A stretch of 64,000 bases of DNA from positions 62,001 to 126,000 of the IMG/VR virus record IMGVR_UViG_3300021338_000003. The stretch is one strand, 5' to 3'. The notes under the pieces were generated by a model. The model did not search any database. It was not told where the DNA came from and saw nothing but the letters and a program-made list of their open reading frames with translations. Shown piece by piece: positions 1-9,409 of the stretch; the first letter of the stretch is position 1, and the number at the start of each line of letters is the position of its first letter. A program made the translations under genes and the position numbers.

Positions 1-998
1 GGAATGGGGTTGAGGTGGTGGTTATTCCTCGTGTTGACCTTATTCAGAAGCTCCGGTCCATGGGCCTGTCGGATTCTGGTGTATACAAGCTCTTCAGCCG
101 TGGTGTGTCCAAGGTGACCATCGATTCTCAGGAAATCCGAGAGGGGGACAGTGAGGACACATTGCCTGGGGCCTTCCTGTCCACTCCCTATCCAGGAGAG
201 ACAGCCCGAGCCCTGACCGCCGAGATTCGGATGTATCCTGGTGTTGGGGGCCGGCTCAATTCGGGGGTAGAGGTGTATTTGGCCCCTATCTTGGTGTTGG
301 CTCGGGCCATTGATTTGAGTCAGACCTTTGCCAGTCAGGATGTTATGGCCCGCACTTCGACCAAGATAGGGGCCGACGCCCAAGTGGGTCAGGCAGCACT
401 AGCGGCCCAGGAAGTTCAATTCACTCAGATGACTCAGACATTTGGGGCTTTTCAGCAGAGCGCTGACTTCTTCATCGAGCAGGCGGCCCTAGCTGAAGAG
501 ACAGCCGCGTTTTTTGGTGTCGGTGCTGATTGTGGCCGCAATTCGGGTACTGGCGGGTTTGGTGACTTTGATTTTTGGGGTACGGTCTTGTCCGACCTCC
601 AAAGTCAAAGCATCGACAACCTCGTGAAGGAATGGAAAGATGTGGCTACCAACATCAACTTCGGCGGTGACCTCATAAACGACCTCTCTTTCAACATGGT
701 GTCTTTGTCCTGTGAGGCTGTCTCGCTGAATTGCCAGGGACAGAATAACCTCGAAGACCTTGGCGCCGAAGGCGGACCATACGATACCGATGGCGGCACC
801 AACATGGCTCTCGAAGATGTGTCGGACGTGCTCAAGAGCACAGAGCGCATGCTGGAGGCGTTCCAGCAAATAGGGCCCAACCTCTCGTTGGCTTCCATTG
901 GCTTGGGTCAGCTAGAGAGCTTGACTACCGAGCCATGTGAGAGTCCCGCCAACATCTCCTTCCTTCAGTCCATCCGAGGCAACGGGACTCTGGGATGA
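1..998 (+). CDS. hypothetical protein, probably 5'-truncated by the window edge (possibly virion-associated)
   Basis: ORF 15..998; the frame is open back to the window start; no recognisable motif. Confidence 0.6.
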   Translation, partial: NGVEVVVIPRVDLIQKLRSMGLSDSGVYKLFSRGVSKVTIDSQEIREGDSEDTLPGAFLSTPYPGETARALTAEIRMYPGVGGRLNSGVEVYLAPILVLARAIDLSQTFASQDVMARTSTKIGADAQVGQAALAAQEVQFTQMTQTFGAFQQSADFFIEQAALAEETAAFFGVGADCGRNSGTGGFGDFDFWGTVLSDLQSQSIDNLVKEWKDVATNINFGGDLINDLSFNMVSLSCEAVSLNCQGQNNLEDLGAEGGPYDTDGGTNMALEDVSDVLKSTERMLEAFQQIGPNLSLASIGLGQLESLTTEPCESPANISFLQSIRGNGTLG

Positions 999-1014
999 TT
1001 TCGAAGGTAGAAGT

Positions 1015-1043
1015 TTGACGATTGGACTCGGGAGTGATAGGAT
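1015..1043 (+). promoter_or_regulatory. sigma70-like promoter TTGACG-17-TAGGAT with extended -10 TG
   Basis: TTGACG 1015-1020, 17-nt spacer ending TGA, TAGGAT 1038-1043, ATG at 1064. Confidence 0.5.
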
Positions 1044-1063
1044 CCCTTCATCAGGGAACACTT

Positions 1064-2269
1064 ATGACCAAAAGCATCGAAAAAGTAATCAAAGCGGCCA
1101 CTCAATCCCAGATTGTCGAGGCCATTGAAGAATGGCTTCACTGGCCCGAGACCGCCCATGGTGTTGACGTACAGTGGCTTAACCGTTTCTTCACTGGGTT
1201 CTGCCGTGACGTTGCCTACATCGATGGTGTCCGGAAGCATGCCCAGCTCAACAGGGCCGTCAGTCCTGAGGCATGGGATGAAGTCCTAGAGGTTGTTCAG
1301 GACTACACTCTGGCGACCTTTGTGAAGGACTCCTATGTCAAACAGAGAGGCGGAGGTCAGCATCACAGGGATTTTGAGATTCTTATCCAAGGGAGGCGTC
1401 CCTTCAAGGTCCCATCGACCCTCGACAAAAATCAACGCGGAAATCTGTACAGGTATCTCTATGACTTCCTCAAGACCAACCAAGAAATCAAATCCGTCAG
1501 GTCTGGAGTCACCTTCTTCATCCTCACTACCGATACCGCCGCTGACCTTAATAACATAACCAAGAGATGGGTCAAGAAGAATGTTGGCAAGGTCTATAAG
1601 CTTGACAACCTCTTGTACATGTTCGGTTCAGGACCGGGGTTCTTCTCTGCTCATGCCTCTCAAAATACGATAGTGCCAATCCTGATAGAGCGGTTCGGTG
1701 ACCACATCGAGGAGATTGACGGCGGAGGTGGATATATTGAAGGTTACCGCACCAGCAACAGGGAGTTCTATAACCGAGTCAAGCAATGGTACAAGGACTC
1801 CAGGGTTTGGGGTCTGCCCACCAGCGCAAAATGGAGTACCTTCTCCGGCTGGCCACAAGAGGAAATGAGATTGTGGTGGAAAGGGTTGGATGACTCTGAT
1901 GCAAAGGAGATTGAACACCATATCATCGAAGCCATACCCTTCAACGTCATCCCTTCTGCGAGTGGTAAGGCAATCATCGTTGAGAATTGTGGCGACTGGG
2001 ATTTTGTCTCTTTCTACATGGAGCAGCTAGAGACCGTCTTCGACGAGGAGAAAGATGACTTCGTCGTTCCCTTCAAGGAGATCGAAGAGCGTGTCCGTTC
2101 CAACTTCTCGCAGGATTCTATGGTAGGAGCGACTGTCCACAGGGCCTTGGATGCATCCTTGAACCTCAATATAAGGATTGATACCTATCTTACCGACCAA
2201 AATGAAGCAGCCTTGCAAGAGGTGCTTGATGTGCTCATCAAGCACCAGAACGTACTGGGGTTAAAATAA
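1064..2269 (+). CDS. hypothetical protein (~400 aa)
   Basis: long ORF 1022..2269; ATG 1064 chosen because it lies downstream of the promoter. Confidence 0.75.
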   Translation: MTKSIEKVIKAATQSQIVEAIEEWLHWPETAHGVDVQWLNRFFTGFCRDVAYIDGVRKHAQLNRAVSPEAWDEVLEVVQDYTLATFVKDSYVKQRGGGQHHRDFEILIQGRRPFKVPSTLDKNQRGNLYRYLYDFLKTNQEIKSVRSGVTFFILTTDTAADLNNITKRWVKKNVGKVYKLDNLLYMFGSGPGFFSAHASQNTIVPILIERFGDHIEEIDGGGGYIEGYRTSNREFYNRVKQWYKDSRVWGLPTSAKWSTFSGWPQEEMRLWWKGLDDSDAKEIEHHIIEAIPFNVIPSASGKAIIVENCGDWDFVSFYMEQLETVFDEEKDDFVVPFKEIEERVRSNFSQDSMVGATVHRALDASLNLNIRIDTYLTDQNEAALQEVLDVLIKHQNVLGLK

Positions 2270-2793
2270 TGGCTGACCTCACACCAGAGCAGATTCGCGA
2301 AGTCCAGAAAGTCCAGGCTAGCGTGGAACGGCCCACGTACTACTCGGCCATCCTTCGCCAGGATATCCAGATCTCGGAAGATTTCGAGGCTTTCGCTATC
2401 CTAGTCGAGCCTGACCTTCGAGAAGAAATCATCGACCGCCTCGGTCAGGCCAATGAGGGAGACCCAGTCCGTCGCCGGCTATACGAAGAGGCCATCTCTT
2501 TCGAGCAACAGGACGCCCAAGAACGTCTTTTGGTGCTAGAGCGGCAAGTAGCAGGATTCGGTGCTTTTCGCCAAAACGTAATAGCCTCTCCTGCTGGGTC
2601 TAGCCCTGACATCGCACCTCTTATCCAGGACGTCCAGCGCAATATTGGTATTGTGGCTGAAGACCGGGAAAGGATGTACCACCGTCTCCAGGTGGCCCGA
2701 GTACTAGAGTCCCTAAACACTCGCCAAGAAGGTGGCGATAATATACAAAAACAGCGGGACTCATGGGAAGAAGTCCTGTCCACCTATCGATGA
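2269..2793 (+). CDS. hypothetical helical protein
   Basis: ORF coupled to the previous one by TAATG overlap. Confidence 0.7.
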   Translation: MADLTPEQIREVQKVQASVERPTYYSAILRQDIQISEDFEAFAILVEPDLREEIIDRLGQANEGDPVRRRLYEEAISFEQQDAQERLLVLERQVAGFGAFRQNVIASPAGSSPDIAPLIQDVQRNIGIVAEDRERMYHRLQVARVLESLNTRQEGGDNIQKQRDSWEEVLSTYR

Positions 2794-3002
2794 GCGAGGA
2801 CAATATGCCTACGTGGTTTTGTGGCAACATCGAGAAATATCCGCACAGGGATGACAACATCGACCCCTGTGCGGATGCCGAGATTGACTGCTACATTCGA
2901 GACCCCCATGAGAGTCTGAACACCTGCCCGCACTATGGGTTTGATATTGTCGAATATGGTTCCTGGAAGGTTCTAGTATATACGGACTGTTCTCTCTGGT
3001 AA
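2790..3002 (+). CDS. small Cys-containing hypothetical protein
   Basis: ATGA overlap with upstream stop. Confidence 0.5.
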   Translation: MSEDNMPTWFCGNIEKYPHRDDNIDPCADAEIDCYIRDPHESLNTCPHYGFDIVEYGSWKVLVYTDCSLW

Positions 3003-3023
3003 AGAAAGCCAGAGGAGGACAGC

Positions 3024-3341
3024 ATGGGTGTAAAGAAGTGGCCCGAGGAGGGAGGCACGGACCTCTATTTTCGAGGTGCCGAAGAAGGTGAGCACGGCGG
3101 GGTTGTTGTTGGGAGATCAGTGGATTTCCCGGAGGGTATCTGGATTCAGGGTAGTGCCACTCTAGATACGACAATGGCCCGGAAATTGGCTGCGGCCCTT
3201 CTTGCTGGATGCGATGCCCTAGAAGGGACTACTAAGATGGCCAACGGAGATGAGTGCCCGAATCCAGGTTGTGAGGATGGTTGGGACCGCCTATCTGAGT
3301 TGTCCTGCAATGAGCCCAAATGTCCGGCCAGGAGCCTCTGA
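3024..3341 (+). CDS. hypothetical protein with C-terminal Cys cluster
   Basis: GGAGG RBS; CPNPGC...CNEPKC. Confidence 0.6.
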   Translation: MGVKKWPEEGGTDLYFRGAEEGEHGGVVVGRSVDFPEGIWIQGSATLDTTMARKLAAALLAGCDALEGTTKMANGDECPNPGCEDGWDRLSELSCNEPKCPARSL

Positions 3342-3691
3342 TGGGGTCCAACTCCCAATTCTTCTTCATGACTCCTCCTGGTGGGCCTGTCCAGTCTCCG
3401 CAACTTCAAGCGTCCAGCGTCGAGCATGCATATTGGGGGCCTCGCTGCCTTTCCCAGGAAGAGATTGAAACAGCCGTCCATATGTTCAATTGGGCATCTC
3501 GCATGGCGGAGCGGGAGGGGTCTATGAAACTCCTCGACGCGGAATTGAAGGACTTCAACAAGGTCCTGAATGACCATGTCTTCACCCAGATGCGGCGTAA
3601 GTACGATCGCCTCTATCGACCCCACTATACCGCCGCTATGCGTCGTGCTACAGCTCGTCGACGCATGCAGAGAGCCAGGAAGAATCAATGA
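3341..3691 (+). CDS. hypothetical protein
   Basis: ORF 3320..3691; TGATG coupling. Confidence 0.55.
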   Translation: MGSNSQFFFMTPPGGPVQSPQLQASSVEHAYWGPRCLSQEEIETAVHMFNWASRMAEREGSMKLLDAELKDFNKVLNDHVFTQMRRKYDRLYRPHYTAAMRRATARRRMQRARKNQ

Positions 3692-3978
3692 AGGACCAAC
3701 CTGAGGTCATCGTATTCGTCTGTGACCTCCCCTATTGGGAGACCCTGGGTATGTGGCCTTGCCCTCGTTGCCTCCAGCTCACATACTTCGAGCATGGGCC
3801 CGGGTGTGGCCGGACTCCCGAGGAAGTTGAGGAGGACGAAGAGGAAGCCCGTAATGAGAACAGACCTGATGCCGACTATTACGAGGTTGAGGCAATGCTC
3901 GGTCCCTGTCTTATTTCCTTTGAAGACCCAACCGACCTGTATGAAGGTCCGGCCGAAGATGACTGGTACCTCCAATGA
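3688..3978 (+). CDS. small acidic hypothetical protein
   Basis: ATGA overlap; CPRC motif. Confidence 0.55.
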   Translation: MKDQPEVIVFVCDLPYWETLGMWPCPRCLQLTYFEHGPGCGRTPEEVEEDEEEARNENRPDADYYEVEAMLGPCLISFEDPTDLYEGPAEDDWYLQ

Positions 3979-4271
3979 GTGAACCACGTCCCAAAGGTAA
4001 CAGCTGGGCCTTCCAGGGTCAAAAGTCGATGTCCGGATTGAGTGTTTGGAATCACGTCATCCATAACACGACCATTGAGATTGCCAATAACGACCCGTTT
4101 TGGCATTTCCGGGTGTACCCTTCGAATCGTGAACATGCCCGGCGGGCCATGAAGGCTCTCGGGTTTAAGAAAAACCCTCCCATGACTCAACGAGTCAAAT
4201 CTCCGGATGGTGAGTTCATTGAATTCATCAAGCCAATGACCCCTCCCAAGGTAGACGAAGATGTGGATTGA
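3975..4271 (+). CDS. hypothetical protein
   Basis: ATGA overlap. Confidence 0.55.
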   Translation: MSEPRPKGNSWAFQGQKSMSGLSVWNHVIHNTTIEIANNDPFWHFRVYPSNREHARRAMKALGFKKNPPMTQRVKSPDGEFIEFIKPMTPPKVDEDVD

Positions 4272-5055
4272 CCTCGTGGAGTTTCAGTCTTGGACTGAAG
4301 ATGATTTGATGTCTTTTGTGGTTCGCCAGGAATGGTGGAAGTGGGCAGATGGTATCCTCACCAATATGGGCAGCCGCACCATGGGCAGCCCGATCCTTCC
4401 TCTGGTTGATGGTAAGCCCCGGTATACCGACCCGAAGCTTGAAACTGGGACCATTCCTATCTGGCTGGAAGAATACAAAGAAAAGGATGACCCTCTCCCT
4501 GTAGCCAGTGATCCTGTCTTCCTGGCCTGGTTGCGCCATACCGCCAGTGAAATGGTAGGTGGCCCAGTGTCTATCATCTTCTCCGCCGATGGCAAAACGG
4601 TCCGGGCTCGGCACTGTACCCAGGCATCAAACTCCGAGGTGTATGGACCATCCGAAGCCCACGCTCTGGTCGGATTCATCAGCCGCGTGTATGGCTACAC
4701 CGACCGCAAAACTGCCGTGATTTCACTGGATGACCGTTCCAGCTGGGGTAACATCCCTATCTCTGCTGAGCCCAGGGTGGTCAATGGGTTCGAGGTGTAC
4801 AGTGATTGGGTGATGCCCGACCCACCGATTAAGGGGGCCTACGCCTGTTTCCAATTCCACGGGACTGATGGTATCTCCCTGTTTTGGTGGCATCCGGAAT
4901 GGGGAAGGTATGCCAACGAACATTCAGCCTGGACCAGGGCTAAGGAGTTGGGCTTCGATTGCTATATCAATGACAATCCTCTCTGTGACCCCGATTCGGG
5001 GTCCAATTACAAGGCGTGTGAAGATGCCTATCGAGAATTGGGATTCAAAGGATGA
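4261..5055 (+). CDS. hypothetical protein
   Basis: 264-aa ORF in the + strand run. Confidence 0.7.
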   Translation: MWIDLVEFQSWTEDDLMSFVVRQEWWKWADGILTNMGSRTMGSPILPLVDGKPRYTDPKLETGTIPIWLEEYKEKDDPLPVASDPVFLAWLRHTASEMVGGPVSIIFSADGKTVRARHCTQASNSEVYGPSEAHALVGFISRVYGYTDRKTAVISLDDRSSWGNIPISAEPRVVNGFEVYSDWVMPDPPIKGAYACFQFHGTDGISLFWWHPEWGRYANEHSAWTRAKELGFDCYINDNPLCDPDSGSNYKACEDAYRELGFKG

Positions 5056-5360
5056 ATTCCCATCAGCGAAGAATAGCCCGCCGAGCCGCGGCACGTGAGG
5101 GCGAGGCGTTCATTCATCGTCTCACCCTGGAGAAGCGCGAAAAGGCCAGAATCGTGGCCAACCATATATACGACTTGGCCTTATTGGGACATGAGGCCGA
5201 ACTTCGTCCCTGCGAATTCATTGAGACCCCGGTTCAGGGTATGCCCTGGGGCCTGTACGTCTGGCCCGAGGTCATTGAATTCGTCAAGGAAAGGGCCGAG
5301 ACCATCGGGAACTCGACATCATGGAAGAAGGAGCAAGCGACTAATGAAAACCACAAGTGA
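5052..5360 (+). CDS. hypothetical protein
   Basis: ATGA overlap; MNSHQRR start typical of small phage ORFs. Confidence 0.55.
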   Translation: MNSHQRRIARRAAAREGEAFIHRLTLEKREKARIVANHIYDLALLGHEAELRPCEFIETPVQGMPWGLYVWPEVIEFVKERAETIGNSTSWKKEQATNENHK

Positions 5361-5871
5361 GCTGAAAGAAGATGTGAGGAAGACCAGAGAGGACCTAGCC
5401 ACGGCCGCGCTGGCTATGGATACCCACGACTGCGTAGCATCACGTGATCGCTTCAGCCAGGCTGCTGAAGCTGTGCGTAGAGCAGAGAAGGCTCTCAACC
5501 ATCGAGTGTCTATGGTCCCTCAAAGGTCAGGCACGTACTACCTGGCCAATAACAATCCTGTTGTGGTACGGAGACGTGCAGGGCGCCTGGTGGCATGCAT
5601 TATAGAAGGCCCCGACCCGTCTGTGAACAAACTTGCTTGGGCAGGAAAGAGGGTTCCTACTCTTACGGAGTGGACAGACGCTTGTGACCTTCTCAATGAC
5701 GCCCAGAGGGGGTGGGACCATGTTCGTTCTCTAGTGGAGAGGGCAGAGGGGGTCGCCAAGGAGGCACTAATGACCGCTGTGCCTCTACTTGACCATGATG
5801 ACACTCGGGATACTGGAGAGGCCCTGATCGACCTCGCCAACGAAGTGCTTGCTGTATTGAAGGGGGAGTAA
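5344..5871 (+). CDS. hypothetical protein (PxxxGxYY motif)
   Basis: ATG 5344 after GGAG RBS within ORF 5095..5871. Confidence 0.6.
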   Translation: MKTTSELKEDVRKTREDLATAALAMDTHDCVASRDRFSQAAEAVRRAEKALNHRVSMVPQRSGTYYLANNNPVVVRRRAGRLVACIIEGPDPSVNKLAWAGKRVPTLTEWTDACDLLNDAQRGWDHVRSLVERAEGVAKEALMTAVPLLDHDDTRDTGEALIDLANEVLAVLKGE

Positions 5872-6458
5872 TGTCACGTCCTACTAAAGAGGGGCTTAAG
5901 GCCGCAATCAGCAAGTTCCTTGATGAATGGATCGACGACGTACCGGGGAGTATGGAAAGGCTTATTAAGGCCAAGAGGGCTTACCAGAAGTTTGGGAGTC
6001 CCGTGCCGTCAGAGCCTGGACCTTGGTATCTCGCAAGTGGTCAAATCGGGTGGGTGGCCCAGGACAACATGACGGCTACCTATTTCGTGGAGGGAGAGAC
6101 CCAGGTCACGGACAAGCATACCTTGACTTGGGCCACTACTTTGGATGGGGAACCCATAGGGGTACCGGAGCTTGAACGCTGGATAGCAGTGATGAATGCC
6201 CGAGATGGCAACTGGGTCCAAATTTCAGTAGAGCGAAATGAGGCACGTGCTGACCGAAATGCTGCCCAGGCCGAAAATCGTCGACTTCGAGAGTCCATCA
6301 GAGATATAATGGTGGCTATGAATGGGTCCAATGAGTCTCGAATGCGCGCCACACGTTCTAGACTTGACCCCCTCATCCAAGCTCGGAAGGAGGAATGCAC
6401 TCATTGGTTGGGTCATTTGGCGGCTATCCTAGAGGAAGCCGATGATGTGGGTATGTAG
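5871..6458 (+). CDS. hypothetical protein with coiled coil (PxxPGxWY motif)
   Basis: TAATG coupling; RBS. Confidence 0.65.
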   Translation: MSRPTKEGLKAAISKFLDEWIDDVPGSMERLIKAKRAYQKFGSPVPSEPGPWYLASGQIGWVAQDNMTATYFVEGETQVTDKHTLTWATTLDGEPIGVPELERWIAVMNARDGNWVQISVERNEARADRNAAQAENRRLRESIRDIMVAMNGSNESRMRATRSRLDPLIQARKEECTHWLGHLAAILEEADDVGM

Positions 6459-6472
6459 AAGGGAGGTGAAAG

Positions 6473-7279
6473 ATGGGTAAGTGGGCTCTATTATCTGGAG
6501 GCGGAGCATCTCGCGGAGCAGTACAGGTGGCACCACTGGAGACGCTATACGCCGAACATGGGCCCCCATCAATAGCGGTAGGCACTTCTATCGGGGCCGT
6601 TACCGTTTCAGCTCCTCCTAGCATGCTCAGAGAGGCATGGAGCACCGTCGATGGTGCCAAGACTTTCCAGTCACTGTCATGGTCACCATGGCGTGGTCTG
6701 TATACCTTGTCTCGCCTTCGGGCGATGCTTGACCGGTATGACGCGTGTACCGACCTTGTCTGTCCCACCTGGGTCGGCGTATATGATATGAGCCATCAAA
6801 AATATGAGCTGATCGCACTACATGACCTTGGCAACGTAGCGGACCGTCGTGATGCCGTAGTCGCCTCGTGCTCCATCCCTTTGATACACCAAGCGTGGCA
6901 CTTCCGAGGCCGTCCTCTGGCAGATGGAGGTGTTCGGTCGGTACTGGGAAGATTGCCCCGCACCGTAGACCCGACGACTATTGACGCAGTATGTGTGTTG
7001 GCATGTTCTCCGGTTGGTCGCCCCGCTCGCCGCAAAATACGCCCTGAACCAGCGGTTACCAACCTTATCGGTCAGATTGAGGTTTGCTACGAAGAATGGC
7101 AGTCTTCTGTGTCAGCAGCAGACCTCGGATATTTGCGCGAGCTTCCGACTCCAGTATACTTATGGTCACCGGAAACCTGGGAGGATATCGGTCCTTCTTT
7201 CGATGCTTCTGCAGCACGCGTTATGGACCGTCTTAGTCTGGGTGGTCGACTGCGGCCATTGACAGTATCTCGTGGTTGA
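6473..7279 (+). CDS. patatin-like phospholipase
   Basis: oxyanion loop LSGGGASRG, nucleophile elbow GTSIG, ASCSIP and catalytic DGG motifs in the correct order; GGAGG RBS. Confidence 0.9.
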   Translation: MGKWALLSGGGASRGAVQVAPLETLYAEHGPPSIAVGTSIGAVTVSAPPSMLREAWSTVDGAKTFQSLSWSPWRGLYTLSRLRAMLDRYDACTDLVCPTWVGVYDMSHQKYELIALHDLGNVADRRDAVVASCSIPLIHQAWHFRGRPLADGGVRSVLGRLPRTVDPTTIDAVCVLACSPVGRPARRKIRPEPAVTNLIGQIEVCYEEWQSSVSAADLGYLRELPTPVYLWSPETWEDIGPSFDASAARVMDRLSLGGRLRPLTVSRG

Positions 7280-7325
7280 TTCTGAGGTGTAGTCTTATTC
7301 ATAGAAGCGTTGTGGAGTCGCTACT

Positions 7326-7757
7326 GTGTCTAAGACTTTCGCCATCGTTAACGGCGACCTCAACATGTTGTCTACTGGCCAGCCTCAAATGCTTGAGGCA
7401 TATAACAAGCTCCAGCAGGATATCAACCAGGCCCTGGGGACTCCCTATGACGTCGACCGAGATTACGGAAATTCCTTGGTGACGGAGGGGGTCCTTCTAG
7501 CGGCTCGTGTTGCCATTCCGGCCCTGGTTCAACGCGAGGTTGGCCAGGTCATGTCACGCCTACGTCGGTTTCAGTCATATATACCCCGTCAGTATCTCCC
7601 AAGCACAGAAAAGATCGACCGGGTCAAATCGATTATTGTTTCCAGGCAGCAAAATCTCGGGGTAGCCTATCTGGTTACCGTTGCGGTCGTGTCCAAGCAG
7701 ACCCCTGATATCCGGTCCGTCTTCCGGGTGCGCAACGAGCACCTGAAGGAAAGGTGA
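7326..7757 (+). CDS. baseplate wedge protein, gp25/gpW-like
   Basis: size 143 aa, NGDL...KLQQDINQALGTP...DYG pattern, immediately upstream of a baseplate J-like gene. Confidence 0.65.
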   Translation: MSKTFAIVNGDLNMLSTGQPQMLEAYNKLQQDINQALGTPYDVDRDYGNSLVTEGVLLAARVAIPALVQREVGQVMSRLRRFQSYIPRQYLPSTEKIDRVKSIIVSRQQNLGVAYLVTVAVVSKQTPDIRSVFRVRNEHLKER

Positions 7758-7760
7758 TGT

Positions 7761-9158
7761 ATGGCGAGGACTCCCGATGAAGTCGTTTCCGACTTTGAAG
7801 ATGAATACCGTATTATCGACCCCTCGGTGGATGTACAAAAAGGGCCTGTGTACGACTTTGTACTTCGGCCCAACTCGCGTTTCGTTGCCGAATTGGAGGA
7901 AAGCCAGGATCGGACCGACCGACTTTCCAGCGGCGATTTCGCTTCTGCGGCTACGTCAGAAGAACTCATTCGGATGGCCGGGTCTGTGGGCACGGGACCG
8001 CTTTCTGGTAACGCGGCAACGACCACCCAAGTGTTTGGAACATATTCTCGGCCGAAGGCTGGACAGATAATCCCAATTCCTCAAGGAACCTTGGTGTCTT
8101 CCAGTGATGGTCAACTCATATTTCAGACAACCGGACCAGCCCAAATAGACGGCAACTTCTCTGACGTCTACTTCAATCCTTCTCGTCGTACATATGAGGT
8201 TGAAGTACCTATTCAAGCCGTCGCCGCGGGGTCAGTGTATAACCTTCCTCCCTTCCGCATTCGGAGTTTGGTGACGCCTATCAGCGGTATCGACTATACC
8301 GAGAATCGGAAACAAATCGATGATGGCCGCGCAGCGGGTACGGTCGAGGATCTTGTCGACAGAGCCCAGGCGGCTTTCCAAGGTCGGGAGCTTGGGACTA
8401 TTGGCGGACTAGAGCGTGCGGTCAAGGAAGCATTTGAGGGTGTAATCACCGACACTTCGGTGGTTACCTCTGCCGACCAAGTTTTGTTTCGGCGCATCGT
8501 TTCCGGACCTGCCTTGGATATATACTACGTAGGTAGTCGGTCGGTTGACGTATCCACAACCTTCACGGCAGACGGCGGAGAGCTGACTCTTACAATCCCT
8601 CAGAAACCGGTTCTGTCGGTAGAACAACTCTTGGTCAACGGGTCTGCTGTCACCTGGGAGCTTGTGGTTGATACGGACCCGGCCACTCGTGGATCCCTGA
8701 ACGACCAGTCATACATCTTGCTGCAAACGGCTCTTACCACTGGTGATGCTGTTTTCATCCGGTACAAATACGATTCCCTCACAGAGGCTATCAACACTTC
8801 ATTTGCAGGTGACCAGTCCTTGTTTGCAGTGAATACCCTCCCTCGTCGTCCTGTGGTTCAAGCCCCCAAACTTCAGATAGAAGCCAGGGCTATGTCTAAC
8901 TTCAACCCATTCACCCTGCGTTCCAACATCGAGTCCGTCACTGTGGATTTCTTTGTAGACGCCGGACTTGGGGCCTCGTTCTTGCCCACTTCCTTCTTGG
9001 ACTATTTGGAGAAGGAAGTGGTGGGTCTCGCGGGTCGCCCTACCTTGTCTATCTTTCAACTTCCGGCAAGATCCTTCTTGGACATTGAGCCCATATCCTT
9101 GAATGAAAACGAGGTCATAGAAATAGACTTTGACATCATAGACTTGGATGTCCAGTAA
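7761..9158 (+). CDS. baseplate J-like protein (gp6/gpJ family)
   Basis: IPIPQGTLVSS...FQTT, VPIQAVAAGSVYN, ISGIDYTEN...DGRAAGTVEDLVDRA and GTIGG, all typical of Baseplate_J. Confidence 0.85.
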   Translation: MARTPDEVVSDFEDEYRIIDPSVDVQKGPVYDFVLRPNSRFVAELEESQDRTDRLSSGDFASAATSEELIRMAGSVGTGPLSGNAATTTQVFGTYSRPKAGQIIPIPQGTLVSSSDGQLIFQTTGPAQIDGNFSDVYFNPSRRTYEVEVPIQAVAAGSVYNLPPFRIRSLVTPISGIDYTENRKQIDDGRAAGTVEDLVDRAQAAFQGRELGTIGGLERAVKEAFEGVITDTSVVTSADQVLFRRIVSGPALDIYYVGSRSVDVSTTFTADGGELTLTIPQKPVLSVEQLLVNGSAVTWELVVDTDPATRGSLNDQSYILLQTALTTGDAVFIRYKYDSLTEAINTSFAGDQSLFAVNTLPRRPVVQAPKLQIEARAMSNFNPFTLRSNIESVTVDFFVDAGLGASFLPTSFLDYLEKEVVGLAGRPTLSIFQLPARSFLDIEPISLNENEVIEIDFDIIDLDVQ

Positions 9159-9196
9159 GGTTCAATGTGGCAGTTGAGCCACCAAAGGAGCAGAAA

Positions 9197-9409
9197 ATGT
9201 CCAACAAGGCAACCGATTTCAACGACGTCGAGGTCATTCACCGTCGTCGTCCCACCCGGGAAAACAACTCCACTGTTACCGGCCCCGGTGTAGTATATGG
9301 CACTCCTGTTTCTCCCGAGGAGATCGATGAGAATGAGGATGGCGTGACCAACCCTGCCCGCACCCCCCGCACCCCGTTCTCCACCGGTGTTGTAGAGGTT
9401 AAGGGCTGA
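9197..9409 (+). CDS. small hypothetical protein in baseplate module
   Basis: AAGGAG RBS before ATG 9197. Confidence 0.55.
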   Translation: MSNKATDFNDVEVIHRRRPTRENNSTVTGPGVVYGTPVSPEEIDENEDGVTNPARTPRTPFSTGVVEVKG

